In this document: positions 18,946 through 28,337 of the stretch, piece after piece | Layout: every line of letters begins with the position of its first letter | Numbering within the stretch: the stretch's first letter is position 1 | Origin: an uncultured SAR86 cluster bacterium | GTDB lineage: Bacteria > Pseudomonadota > Gammaproteobacteria > Magnimaribacterales > D2472 | Assembly: GCA_902596165.1 (NCBI GenBank) | Contig: CACJSU010000001.1 | Coordinates: 65,718 to 129,717, forward strand | DNA length: 64,000 bases | Direction: 5' to 3' | Translations under genes and position numbers: made by a program | Notes under the pieces: model-generated | Seen by the model: the letters and a program-made list of their open reading frames with translations, nothing else | Databases searched by the model: none | What the model was told of the DNA's origin: nothing

Positions 18946-21906
18946 TTAAAGTGAGATCTTAAATCCACCATAAACGAATGCTCCACCAGGTAAGTCCCAA
19001 GCAAAGTCAAAGTTTTGAGCAAATGCATCATATGCAACTGGAGGCTCTTCACCGAATAGGTTTCTAGCTCCAATAAATACATTGATTGAGTCACTGTACT
19101 GATAATCAACTTGCAAGTCTGTGTAATACTCAACTTCCATTAGATTATAACCATAGTCTCCAAAGTTATTGGCATCATCAGGATTAGAACACTCATCGTT
19201 TAATCCATAATATGTAGACAACCAACAATCATCTTTGTTGTCATCTAAGAATCTAAAGTTAAGAGATGTAGTGAAGTCATTGTACTCCCACAATACAGAT
19301 GCGTTAGCTCTCCATCTGAAGTCAGCACCACCATCATACCAACCGAATGACTCGGATGGGGTTGAAGATGCTGCTTGAGCAAATTCATCTTTAGTGTAAT
19401 AAACCATGTCAAAACCTGTAGTGAATGAACCATAGTTTTCAACATCGAATGAGTAATTAATTACAAAGTCAACACCTGAAACATTTTGCAGAGCAGAGTT
19501 AACTTGAGCTGTTCTAACAGTCTGAAGACCACCGTTACCTGTTCTTGTTACGAATGTACAGAAGTTATCGTCTTGTTGAGTAGACTCAACATAACATCTG
19601 TTAAGAACTGTTCCAACACCAATTGAGTTAAAGATATTTTCTAATTCAATTTCCCAGAAATCAACACTCATGCTTAAGCCATCGATTTGGCTAGGAGTGT
19701 ATACGATACCAACGGTAGCATTTTCACCCTCTTCAGGAGCTAAGAATGGGTTACCACCAACAAATGCTCTAATTTGAGTGGTTGGTTGCTCAGCACCGCC
19801 TGCAGGGACGCCAGCAGCTAAACAGTTAGCCTGAGTTCCAGCAGATTGTGTTGGGAATTGATCGGTATTACATGGATCTGTAGCTTGTGGGAAAGACTCA
19901 CCACCGCCTCGATACAAGTTTCCTACAGTAGGAGCTCTAAAAGTTTCACCCATAGTTGCCCTAACTAGAACATCATCAATTGGTCTCCATCTGATACCAA
20001 TCTCACTGGTTGATGGTTTTCCTGGGTTATTGGTATTTGGAGTAAATCCAACCATACCACCAGCAGTGTAATCTGAAGTTCTTGCTGAAAGTGTTACTTC
20101 TAACTCTTGAGCACCAGTTACACCTTCAAGAAGTGGGATATTAATCTCAACGAAATATTCCTCAACAGAAGTTTTACCTGAGGTAGGCTCTCTGTAGTTG
20201 GTAGAAGAACCACCGGAAGTAATAAGCGCATCTGGAGTATCAAAATAACCTGCTGATCTTTTCTCATAACCAGCAGCAAAGAAGGCTGTTCCATAAGGCA
20301 TTTCAAATAAAGGACCTGAGATTTCGGCCCAGTAGTTGTCGCTATCAAAGGCTGCATTTTGCACTCCATCATAACCAACATAATCTACCATGGCATCATA
20401 TTCAGCCTGTGAAATTCTTCCAGCAGCAAGACCAAGATCTGGTCCACCAAATATATTAAATGGAACACACTGAGAAACAGGAGCTTCTGGAGTTCCACAA
20501 GTTAATGCACCACTAACTGGATCCCTAAATGAGTCTCCAACTGCTTTTCCTAAGTGAACAAGGTCAACAAAGTTGTACAACTTACTATCGTATTGAGCAT
20601 CATTAATTTGAGTACCAACACTCCAGTTATAAGTATTACCACCAAGCTCAAGATTACCATCTAATCCAAGCCTTATACCGAAGATGTCATAGTCATAACT
20701 ATAAATCCTAGGACCAATAGCAATAGCTCTAAAACCAAAAGATGTGTCTTGGTTCAAGACATTGAAATAACCGCCAGCAGTAGCAAATCTACCATTATTA
20801 AGCTGCCACTGAGGTCCAGCTCCACCATATGCAGTCATTGGAACCTGCGCTAGCTGATTATCACGTCTTGATTTTGTGTAGTTGATTTGAACATATGCAG
20901 TTACATCATCTGAAATATCATAGTCAGAATATGCATATACAGAGTATTGATCAATTGGGTTTTGCACATGGTTAACTGGAGCATAGTTATAACGTCCAGC
21001 ATTTGACCATGGAATAAAGTGCTCCGGTAAAGCACCTGATTTACCAGGCTCTAAATATTTATTTAAAGAAAAGTATCTACCATAAGCAGGGAACGATGAT
21101 CCACAAACAAAACTATCACTTGCTGGAGCAAAGTTACCATAACCTGAGTTTTGTTCAGGGCTAGGTCCTAAGTTAGTTGGGGAGTTTTGAGGACCAGTAC
21201 CACTATTTGGCACGTTAGAGCAACCATAATAAGGTTGATTTGCTCTTGGAATTTGACCTGCCATAATTTCTTCTTGAGCAGCAAATGATAGAGACAGAAT
21301 GCTAGAAGACTTTTCTGATGTGCTTCCAAATTGCATGCTGATGGAATCTTGTTTTCCGTAACCAGCATCATATTCACCCGTGAAAGCTCTCATTTCAAAA
21401 CCGTCATAGTCTTTCTTGGTAATAATGTTAATTACCCCTGCAACTGCATCGGAACCATAGATTGAAGATGCTCCATCCTTAAGGATTTCAACTCTTTGGA
21501 TGATAGAAGCAGGAATTGTGTTCATATCAACAGCACCAAAAGCGTCTGTGACCCATCTTCTTCCATCAACAAGAACTAGAGTTCTTCCAGCCCCAAGGTT
21601 TCTTAATGATATTTCGTTAGAACCATCACCACCGTTTGTAGCAGTTGTAACTGGTCGGATACCATTACCATCATTAGATGAGATACTTTGTAAGATATCA
21701 CCAATGTTGTTAAGACCTGTTCTCTCAATAGCAGCATCAGAAATAATTTCTAAAGGCTTTGAACTATCAAAAACTGATTTCTTGATCTTAGAACCAGTAA
21801 CGATAACCTCTTCGACATCATCTTCAGCCTCTTGAGCGAATGAAGTATTTGGCATTAGGCCTAAAGATAGAACCGCAACCAAAGAAAATTTAATTAATTT
21901 AGACAT
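18946..21906 (-). CDS. TonB-dependent outer-membrane receptor
   Basis: 986 aa. It has a signal peptide ending SFAQ, a TonB box (VEEVIVTGSKIKK) and plug motifs (LRNLGAGRTLVLVDGRR, ILKDGASSIYGSDAVAGVINI). Confidence 0.9.
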   Translation of the reverse strand: MSKLIKFSLVAVLSLGLMPNTSFAQEAEDDVEEVIVTGSKIKKSVFDSSKPLEIISDAAIERTGLNNIGDILQSISSNDGNGIRPVTTATNGGDGSNEISLRNLGAGRTLVLVDGRRWVTDAFGAVDMNTIPASIIQRVEILKDGASSIYGSDAVAGVINIITKKDYDGFEMRAFTGEYDAGYGKQDSISMQFGSTSEKSSSILSLSFAAQEEIMAGQIPRANQPYYGCSNVPNSGTGPQNSPTNLGPSPEQNSGYGNFAPASDSFVCGSSFPAYGRYFSLNKYLEPGKSGALPEHFIPWSNAGRYNYAPVNHVQNPIDQYSVYAYSDYDISDDVTAYVQINYTKSRRDNQLAQVPMTAYGGAGPQWQLNNGRFATAGGYFNVLNQDTSFGFRAIAIGPRIYSYDYDIFGIRLGLDGNLELGGNTYNWSVGTQINDAQYDSKLYNFVDLVHLGKAVGDSFRDPVSGALTCGTPEAPVSQCVPFNIFGGPDLGLAAGRISQAEYDAMVDYVGYDGVQNAAFDSDNYWAEISGPLFEMPYGTAFFAAGYEKRSAGYFDTPDALITSGGSSTNYREPTSGKTSVEEYFVEINIPLLEGVTGAQELEVTLSARTSDYTAGGMVGFTPNTNNPGKPSTSEIGIRWRPIDDVLVRATMGETFRAPTVGNLYRGGGESFPQATDPCNTDQFPTQSAGTQANCLAAGVPAGGAEQPTTQIRAFVGGNPFLAPEEGENATVGIVYTPSQIDGLSMSVDFWEIELENIFNSIGVGTVLNRCYVESTQQDDNFCTFVTRTGNGGLQTVRTAQVNSALQNVSGVDFVINYSFDVENYGSFTTGFDMVYYTKDEFAQAASSTPSESFGWYDGGADFRWRANASVLWEYNDFTTSLNFRFLDDNKDDCWLSTYYGLNDECSNPDDANNFGDYGYNLMEVEYYTDLQVDYQYSDSINVFIGARNLFGEEPPVAYDAFAQNFDFAWDLPGGAFVYGGFKISL

Positions 21907-22002
21907 ATAAACTCCCTAAAAGTTTGTTAGTACCGCTAATTGTTGCCATTTTGATGCAATATGTCAACTTTTTGTAACAATTAGAATTGAGATAATTATG
22001 TT

Positions 22003-22032
22003 AAAAAAAAGGGGCGCAAAGCACCCCTTTTT
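22003..22032 (-). terminator. intrinsic terminator after the receptor gene 22051..25041
   Basis: A8, GGGGCGC, AAA, GCACCCC, T5. On the minus-strand RNA the stem is GGGGUGC/GCGCCCC, where the only non-Watson-Crick pair is a G-U wobble. On the plus strand the same position is a C-A mismatch, which argues for minus-strand function. Confidence 0.8.
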
Positions 22033-22050
22033 AGTTTTTTTACTTTTTTC

Positions 22051-25041
22051 TTAATATTGAAGTGTCAAATTTAAGAAAATGTACTGACCAAAGGCATCAA
22101 AGTAACCTGGGAAAGTATTACCATTACCTGGCGCTGTACCAGCATCAGAGGTATATTCTGGTTCCTCATCAAATAGATTGTTGATACCAAATGTAACCAC
22201 TAGATTTTCTGTAGGCATATGCTGCAGAGTTAAATCAATATATGTGATTGCATCAAAGTCAATCTGGTTTGAATTAAGGTCATCAGTTTCACCAAGATAT
22301 CTTAAACCTAGTGTGACATCTGTATCATACTCTGTGGTAAGTTTTGCTTGATATTTACCTGCAAATTCAGGCAAAGGATTCTTTCCACATGAACCGCCCC
22401 AATTACCAGAACATGCAATCGGTGCTGCACCTGGAAGCTCAGTAATATCATATGTATCAAGAAGTGTTGTAACACCTTGAAGTTCTATTGGACCCCATGC
22501 GGACTCTAAAGAATAATCAAATATTATATCAACACCACTTGTAGTTTCTTCACCAATATTAGTAAGCTGTTGTGAAATGTATCCACCTGATAACCACAAT
22601 GATCCTGTACCAGCTTGTCTATTGATCAAGCCGCAGTATTGAGCACTTCCAGTAGAAATACATTTGTCAAGAGCAGTCTTTGCGCTAACTGTACCAATAC
22701 CATCTTCAACAGTAATATCAAAATAATCCAATGTTAAAGTTAAACCAGGAACTGATTCAGGAGTAAGAACAACACCAATGGTTGTAGACTCTGATTCTTC
22801 AGGAGCAACCTTAGGATTACCACCACCTTTAATGTTGTACTGATCAGCTGGAGAATTTAAGTCTGTGTTATATAGACTTGCTGGCAAACCAGTCAATGCA
22901 CATTGTGCTTGAGTTGCAGTAGCAGGATCTCCATTTTGCTGAATTGAACAAGGGTCGTTATCAAGATCGACAAGTCCATCACTAACAGCTGAATAAAGCT
23001 CTGAAATATTTGCATGACGCTGAGCAGTTTGAAACGAAGCTCTCAATGAGACGCTATCATTCACTGTCCAATAAGCACCAAGCTTACTTGAATCAGTTTC
23101 AGCACCAGTTGAGTATTCTGCAGATCTAAATCCAAGATCAAGACTTAAGTCAGCAGTAACTGGAATACCTAATTCAAAGAAGAATTCATCAACATCGTAC
23201 ATGCCACCAATAGGTAATGTAGCTCCACCTGATCCAGATCTATCACCCTGTTTAGTAGGAGTATCAGGTCTGAAGTCTGTTTCAAGTTCTTTAGTTTCAA
23301 AACCAATTACAGCTGAAACTGAACCTGGGGCTCCTGGAATTGTCCATCCAGTATCACCAGTGATATAACCTGAAAAAATCTTTTGCTTTCCATCTCCATT
23401 AATAAAGGTTGATTTAGCAAGATAGTCTTGAGCGGCTTGGCCACCATCAATAACCCCTTGAATCCCTTGATCGCCAGGTAAACCACCTTGGAAAAGGTTA
23501 TAAGGAATACAATCTGCGTCAATACCTTGAAGCTTAGATACACAAGTTGGAACTCCGTTCACTGAAATTACGTCAACCGCTCTGTTGATTGCAGTAACTG
23601 AAAGATCGTTTCTATATTCATTGGCATAATTAACAACTGAGTTTTGATAATAAACGTCATAAGACCAATCATCATTTATGTCGCCTCTAACGCCAATTGT
23701 TGTGTTATAGCTCTTATACATTTGGATACCCTGTCTTGGGTTACCCTCAACATTTCTTTTTAAAGAATACAATGGAGCTTTATAGCCAATTATAGAGCCA
23801 TCACCTACAGCAATATCAAGCCCTGAAATATATGCTAATGCAGCAGATGCTGATGCAAAGTCAGGAGCATGAGATCCACCCATACCTACCCAATCACTAC
23901 AAGCGACTTTATATTGTTGTGCTGAGAGCAATGAATTATAACAAGGAAGGTCTGTGATATTTCCAAAAGTACCGGAATATGCGATCTGAGCATTTGATTC
24001 TGATTTCATGCTAGTGAAATCTAGATATACTTCGGCTTTGTCAGTTAATTCATATTTACCAAAAAACCCTACATTTAGCCTATCATCTGGTCTTTGAAAG
24101 AAGTTAGTTGGATTATAGTTATATGTCTGACCTGCTCTTGGAACAAATTCATTCCCTTGAACTTTGAGATCTAAACGAGTAACTGAAGGATCTATATTAA
24201 CAAATCCTGCTCCACCATATCGACCAAAATCAGCCCATCTTCCTGGAGGAATAGTTGATGATCCTCCACATCGAGTGGTACCCCCACTTAAAGCACAAGC
24301 ACTGATATCAAAATCACCTTGGAGTATAGGTTTAGTATCTGTGTGCTCCATGTATGCTGTTATGTGACCTCTTCCACCATCAATATCTCCACCAAATGCT
24401 ATGGAGAACTTACCAGTGTCACCAGTTTGAACATCACTTGGTGCTTGTTTATAACCGTAACTTTTTACAAGCTCTCTTAAGGAACTATTATCGTTTTCAT
24501 GGTTATAAAAGCCATGCGAATATGCGGCTTTGAATCCATTAAACTCGTCATCTAATATAAAGTTCACAACACCTGCAACAGCGTCAGAACCGTATACAGA
24601 AGAAGCACCACCAGTTAAGACTTCCACTTTGTCTAAAAGCAAGGTAGGAATAGTATTTAGGTCAGCACAGCTCCCTCCACCCGTCGTACCTGGAACGAGC
24701 CTTCTTCCATTCATCAAAACCAATGTTCTAGAGCAGCCTAAGTTTCTTAAATTAACAGTAGCTGTACCATTTGATCCATTAGAATTAGTAATAGATTGGC
24801 CTGGTGAGATCTGAGGCATATCATTAAGATAATCCTCAACTCTGGTAACACCAGCCTCGATTATGTCTTGCCCATCTACAACTGCTATTTGAGAAGAGCT
24901 TATAATGTTGGGATCAATAATCCTTGATCCAGTTACAATGACTTCTTCAACATCTTCATCGGAATCTTGAGCAACAGCCAAAGGAACGGAAAGAGAGATT
25001 ATTGCAAAAGCACTGAATAAATATTTATTTAAGTCAATCAT
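22051..25041 (-). CDS. TonB-dependent outer-membrane receptor
   Basis: 996 aa. It has a signal peptide ending AVAQ, a TonB box (VEEVIVTGSRI), plug motifs (LRNLGCSRTLVLMNGRR, VLTGGASSVYGSDAVAGVVNF) and a C-terminal Tyr. Confidence 0.9.
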   Translation of the reverse strand: MIDLNKYLFSAFAIISLSVPLAVAQDSDEDVEEVIVTGSRIIDPNIISSSQIAVVDGQDIIEAGVTRVEDYLNDMPQISPGQSITNSNGSNGTATVNLRNLGCSRTLVLMNGRRLVPGTTGGGSCADLNTIPTLLLDKVEVLTGGASSVYGSDAVAGVVNFILDDEFNGFKAAYSHGFYNHENDNSSLRELVKSYGYKQAPSDVQTGDTGKFSIAFGGDIDGGRGHITAYMEHTDTKPILQGDFDISACALSGGTTRCGGSSTIPPGRWADFGRYGGAGFVNIDPSVTRLDLKVQGNEFVPRAGQTYNYNPTNFFQRPDDRLNVGFFGKYELTDKAEVYLDFTSMKSESNAQIAYSGTFGNITDLPCYNSLLSAQQYKVACSDWVGMGGSHAPDFASASAALAYISGLDIAVGDGSIIGYKAPLYSLKRNVEGNPRQGIQMYKSYNTTIGVRGDINDDWSYDVYYQNSVVNYANEYRNDLSVTAINRAVDVISVNGVPTCVSKLQGIDADCIPYNLFQGGLPGDQGIQGVIDGGQAAQDYLAKSTFINGDGKQKIFSGYITGDTGWTIPGAPGSVSAVIGFETKELETDFRPDTPTKQGDRSGSGGATLPIGGMYDVDEFFFELGIPVTADLSLDLGFRSAEYSTGAETDSSKLGAYWTVNDSVSLRASFQTAQRHANISELYSAVSDGLVDLDNDPCSIQQNGDPATATQAQCALTGLPASLYNTDLNSPADQYNIKGGGNPKVAPEESESTTIGVVLTPESVPGLTLTLDYFDITVEDGIGTVSAKTALDKCISTGSAQYCGLINRQAGTGSLWLSGGYISQQLTNIGEETTSGVDIIFDYSLESAWGPIELQGVTTLLDTYDITELPGAAPIACSGNWGGSCGKNPLPEFAGKYQAKLTTEYDTDVTLGLRYLGETDDLNSNQIDFDAITYIDLTLQHMPTENLVVTFGINNLFDEEPEYTSDAGTAPGNGNTFPGYFDAFGQYIFLNLTLQY

Positions 25042-25104
25042 TTTAAAATACTCCTAAGTTTTAAAAACACGCGAATGCATACACACAACGCGCAATGATC
25101 GATT

Positions 25105-25137
25105 ATATGCTTGTTTTACTGAAAGAAACAAGCATAT
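25105..25137. repeat. perfect 12-bp inverted repeat (ATATGCTTGTTT-N9-AAACAAGCATAT) in a divergent promoter region
   Basis: Arms at 25105-25116 and 25126-25137. It lies between the start of the receptor gene (25041, minus) and fabI (25238, plus). Confidence 0.6.
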
Positions 25138-25237
25138 GTTGAAAAATGATTTATATCTCATATCTTAATCATTCATCTTATTAAAGGTTGAGGAACTCAT
25201 ATATAATGCATAACAAATTATATATAAGATAAAAATA

Positions 25238-26023
25238 ATGTTACAAAATAAAAAAATCTTAATTGCAGGACTTGCTAATAAACATTCCATAGCTGCAGGT
25301 ATAGCCCAAGCAATGCATGCTCAAGGAGCTGAGCTGGCTTTCACATATCAAAGCGAAAGATTAAAGGGAAACGTTGAAAAGATTGCAGCAGAACTTGGGT
25401 CTGATTTGTTATTTGAATGTGATGTTTCATCTGATGAGAGCATTTCAAATATGTATCAAGAGCTATCAAAAACATGGAAGTCTTTTGATGGGTTTGTTCA
25501 TTCTATTGGTTTTGCTCCAGCCAATGAATTAGAGGGCAATTTTGTTGATGCCTCTACTAGAGAAGGCTTTCAAATTGCCCACGACATAAGTTCGTACAGT
25601 TTCACTGCTATGGCCAAAGGAGCAAAACCCATGTTGAATAAGAATGCAGCTCTTTTAACACTTACCTATTTAGGATCTATACAATCCCTTCCAAATTACA
25701 ATGTAATGGGTCTTGCTAAAGCAAGTTTAGAGGCAAATACTAGGTTTCTTGCTGCTGCCATGGGGCCTGATGGTATAAGGGTCAATGCTATTTCAGCCGG
25801 ACCAATAAAAACTCTTGCAGCAATGGGCGTAAAAAATTTCAGAAAAATGTTAACTAATTATGCTAATAGAGCACCTTTAAGAAGAGCTGTCACAACTCTG
25901 GAGGTAGGAAATGTTGCAGCATTCTTGTGCTCAGACCTTGCAAGCGGAGTCACGGGTGAAATTACTTATGTGGATGGAGGCTTTAACACTGCCGCTATGT
26001 CTTCAGAAGAGTACGCTGATTAA
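25238..26023 (+). CDS. fabI: enoyl-ACP reductase (NADH), FabI type
   Basis: 261 aa. [13 protein letters not shown] nucleotide-binding start, the Y-x6-K catalytic pair in [13 protein letters not shown], and [10 protein letters not shown]. Confidence 0.93.
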   Translation: MLQNKKILIAGLANKHSIAAGIAQAMHAQGAELAFTYQSERLKGNVEKIAAELGSDLLFECDVSSDESISNMYQELSKTWKSFDGFVHSIGFAPANELEGNFVDASTREGFQIAHDISSYSFTAMAKGAKPMLNKNAALLTLTYLGSIQSLPNYNVMGLAKASLEANTRFLAAAMGPDGIRVNAISAGPIKTLAAMGVKNFRKMLTNYANRAPLRRAVTTLEVGNVAAFLCSDLASGVTGEITYVDGGFNTAAMSSEEYAD

Positions 26024-27882
26024 TTTGAAGCAAGATTCTTTAAACGAACCTTTTGTCCTTTTTTAAAAGCACGATCAATAAACCCTGAAAACTTCTGATT
26101 TAAACTTTCATTATAAAAACCTTGATACTGCTCAAGTGACTCTGAAAGCTCTTCGATTGATGGCACAGACTCATTTGAGGACTTTGCCCAATAACGATCG
26201 CCATTGAAAGCTTCATTCGAAACCAAGGTGCCCAAAGGTGATTCAAATGTTGAATTAATAATCTCTGATGGAAGCAAGGAAGAAAATCTTTTAACACCTT
26301 TATAACTTTCTTGAGAAAAAGCACTTAAATCGGGCAATACATTCTGGCCGTCAATAACGCCCTCTGCATCTTCAACAAAATCATTGATGATCATGTTAGC
26401 TTTCTCATTACGCACTTCTTGAATAGCTGAATCAGCAACATCAGCAAAAGGCTGAACAGTTGGCTGAAGCGCCTGTGTCATCATTACAAATGCATAACTT
26501 TCATCGCCTTCAAATATTTCAATTTTATTAGGTAAAACAGAGGAATCAAATAGTTCTGAGGATGCAACATTAGAAAAACCATTTAGTCCAATGCTATCTA
26601 TGTCCTTTAAACCGGTGACCTGGACTGCATCATCTATTGAGTTAGCTAATGCATTTAAAGTAGCTCCTTCAAGCACTAGTGATTCCAACTCCAGAAAATC
26701 ATCTTGCATCAAAGCTAATGCTTCAGCATCAACAAGCTCAGTTAATAGCTCTTCGGACATTTCAGATTTTGTTCTTATTTGGGGTTTAATAATTTCCGTT
26801 AATTTTAAAATATGCAGTGAATCCTCAAGCTCTATGATTGGACTAATGGAGTTAAGCTGCATTGATAATATTGCGCTTTCAAACTCTTCTGGGAATGCAT
26901 CTCCAGATGATAAACCCAAATCACCGCCAGTATCTTTTGATGCTAGGTCTTCGCTTGATATAGATACTGCTTCCTCAAACGAAAGTTCTTTTGATTGAAT
27001 GCTTTGGTATATAGAGTTTATTTTTTCATAGGCCAAGAATGAGCTTTCATAATTAGATTTTTCAATCATTAGATGAGAAATTCTATTTTGAAGTTGCCCT
27101 TCAAGGTTATTTAAATAGTCTGAATATGCCTCTTCAACATAATCTTCAGGGACTTCAACTTGCTCTTTGTATGCATCATAGGTTAAGACAAGGTAAGAAA
27201 AGTCTCGTTGCTCTTTTGAAAGAAATAAAAAAGGGTTGTCATTATAAAATTGCTGCCCCTCTTCAAGGCTTGCTTCTTGTTGATTGACAAGTAAATTTTT
27301 ATCTACTTTTATAAAATCTATGTCTCTTGAAGTTTCAAGCAATGAGGCTAAATCTTTTAAGTCGCTATCAATTGGAAAAGCAGTAACTCCCATAGCGGAT
27401 ACAAGTTTATCTAGTGACATAGTTTCTCTTACAAGATCAATATATTCCTCAGGAGTCCAACCATTAGCTCTTATTGTTGATTCAAAAAGCATTTGATCGA
27501 AACCATTTTCACCTTGGAAGGTATCAATATTTATAACTTCTCGCTTTGCTGTTTTCTCAGATACAATTAGGCCAAGTTTTCTAGCATGAGAAAGAAGGGT
27601 TTTTTGATTAATAATTTCATTTTTAATTAACTCAGTAGAAACTTCTTCATCTAAATCTTCTAAAGAAAAATCATCGCCATAAATAGATTTAAGTCTTTGT
27701 GAAACTTGATTGGTTGAAAGATTTACATCCATCTGAGATACAGGCTCGCCATTCACAGTCCCATAACTTGCAAAAGTGGTGCCAAAAGATTGTGAACCTA
27801 AGAATACAAATGGTATTGCAAGAAGGACCGTAACAACAATAACTCGTTTACCTGACAGAAAGTTTCTTAGTGAATCCATCAT
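26020..27882 (-). CDS. ppiD: periplasmic chaperone / peptidyl-prolyl isomerase PpiD
   Basis: 620 aa with an N-terminal TM anchor ([16 protein letters not shown]) and an acidic SurA-like body. Its position after lon-hupB is conserved. Confidence 0.8.
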   Translation of the reverse strand: MMDSLRNFLSGKRVIVVTVLLAIPFVFLGSQSFGTTFASYGTVNGEPVSQMDVNLSTNQVSQRLKSIYGDDFSLEDLDEEVSTELIKNEIINQKTLLSHARKLGLIVSEKTAKREVINIDTFQGENGFDQMLFESTIRANGWTPEEYIDLVRETMSLDKLVSAMGVTAFPIDSDLKDLASLLETSRDIDFIKVDKNLLVNQQEASLEEGQQFYNDNPFLFLSKEQRDFSYLVLTYDAYKEQVEVPEDYVEEAYSDYLNNLEGQLQNRISHLMIEKSNYESSFLAYEKINSIYQSIQSKELSFEEAVSISSEDLASKDTGGDLGLSSGDAFPEEFESAILSMQLNSISPIIELEDSLHILKLTEIIKPQIRTKSEMSEELLTELVDAEALALMQDDFLELESLVLEGATLNALANSIDDAVQVTGLKDIDSIGLNGFSNVASSELFDSSVLPNKIEIFEGDESYAFVMMTQALQPTVQPFADVADSAIQEVRNEKANMIINDFVEDAEGVIDGQNVLPDLSAFSQESYKGVKRFSSLLPSEIINSTFESPLGTLVSNEAFNGDRYWAKSSNESVPSIEELSESLEQYQGFYNESLNQKFSGFIDRAFKKGQKVRLKNLASN

Positions 27883-27924
27883 ATGAACTTCATCCTCTTT
27901 AAATAAAAGCTAACAATCATACAT

Positions 27925-27954
27925 AAAAAAAGGGTGCTTATGCACCCTTTTTTT
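27925..27954 (-). terminator. intrinsic terminator after hupB
   Basis: A7, GGGTGC (27932-27937), TTAT, GCACCC (27942-27947), T7 (27948-27954). Confidence 0.8.
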
Positions 27955-27978
27955 AAAGACATTTATGTCTAAAGTTAA

Positions 27979-28257
27979 TTAAGAGTATTTAACTTTATCT
28001 TTTAATCCTTTACCAGCTTTAAAGCCTGGAACTTTTGATGCAGCAATATGCATTGAAGCACCTGTTTGTGGATTTCTTCCTTCTCTTGCAGCTCTATGTC
28101 TTACTGAAAAAGTTCCAAAACCTACAAGCGAAACTGTATCGCCTTTACCTAACGCATCACCTATTGAATCTAAAACCGCATCAACAGCTCTTCCAGCTGA
28201 AGCTTTGGTAACGTCTGCTGATGAAGCTACTGCATCTACTAAGTCTGATTTATTCAT
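27979..28257 (-). CDS. hupB: DNA-binding protein HU
   Basis: 92 aa, with [11 protein letters not shown]...[21 protein letters not shown]. Confidence 0.93.
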   Translation of the reverse strand: MNKSDLVDAVASSADVTKASAGRAVDAVLDSIGDALGKGDTVSLVGFGTFSVRHRAAREGRNPQTGASMHIAASKVPGFKAGKGLKDKVKYS

Positions 28258-28337
28258 TGAATTCTCCTCTGGTTTATTAATTTACCTAAGTCTATGAAAA
28301 GCTATCACAGAAGAAATGTCAAGCTTTAAAACCTATT

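Noticed and set aside
21500-21835. A 111-aa plus-strand ORF (and similar ORFs at 24164..24367 and 24530..24814) inside the TonB-dependent receptor genes.
   Set aside because: These are antisense shadows of long, confidently called receptor genes. They have no independent coding signal.
25090-25110. A Fur-box-like sequence (GCAATGATCGATTATAT) upstream of the third TonB-dependent receptor.
   Set aside because: It matches the 19-bp Fur consensus only after introducing a 1-nt gap and several mismatches. This is indistinguishable from chance in an AT-rich spacer.
26591-26998. A 135-aa plus-strand, Ser-rich ORF inside ppiD.
   Set aside because: It is antisense to ppiD. Its extreme Ser/Asp low complexity mirrors the Glu/Leu/Ser-rich coding strand, and no SD or motif is present.
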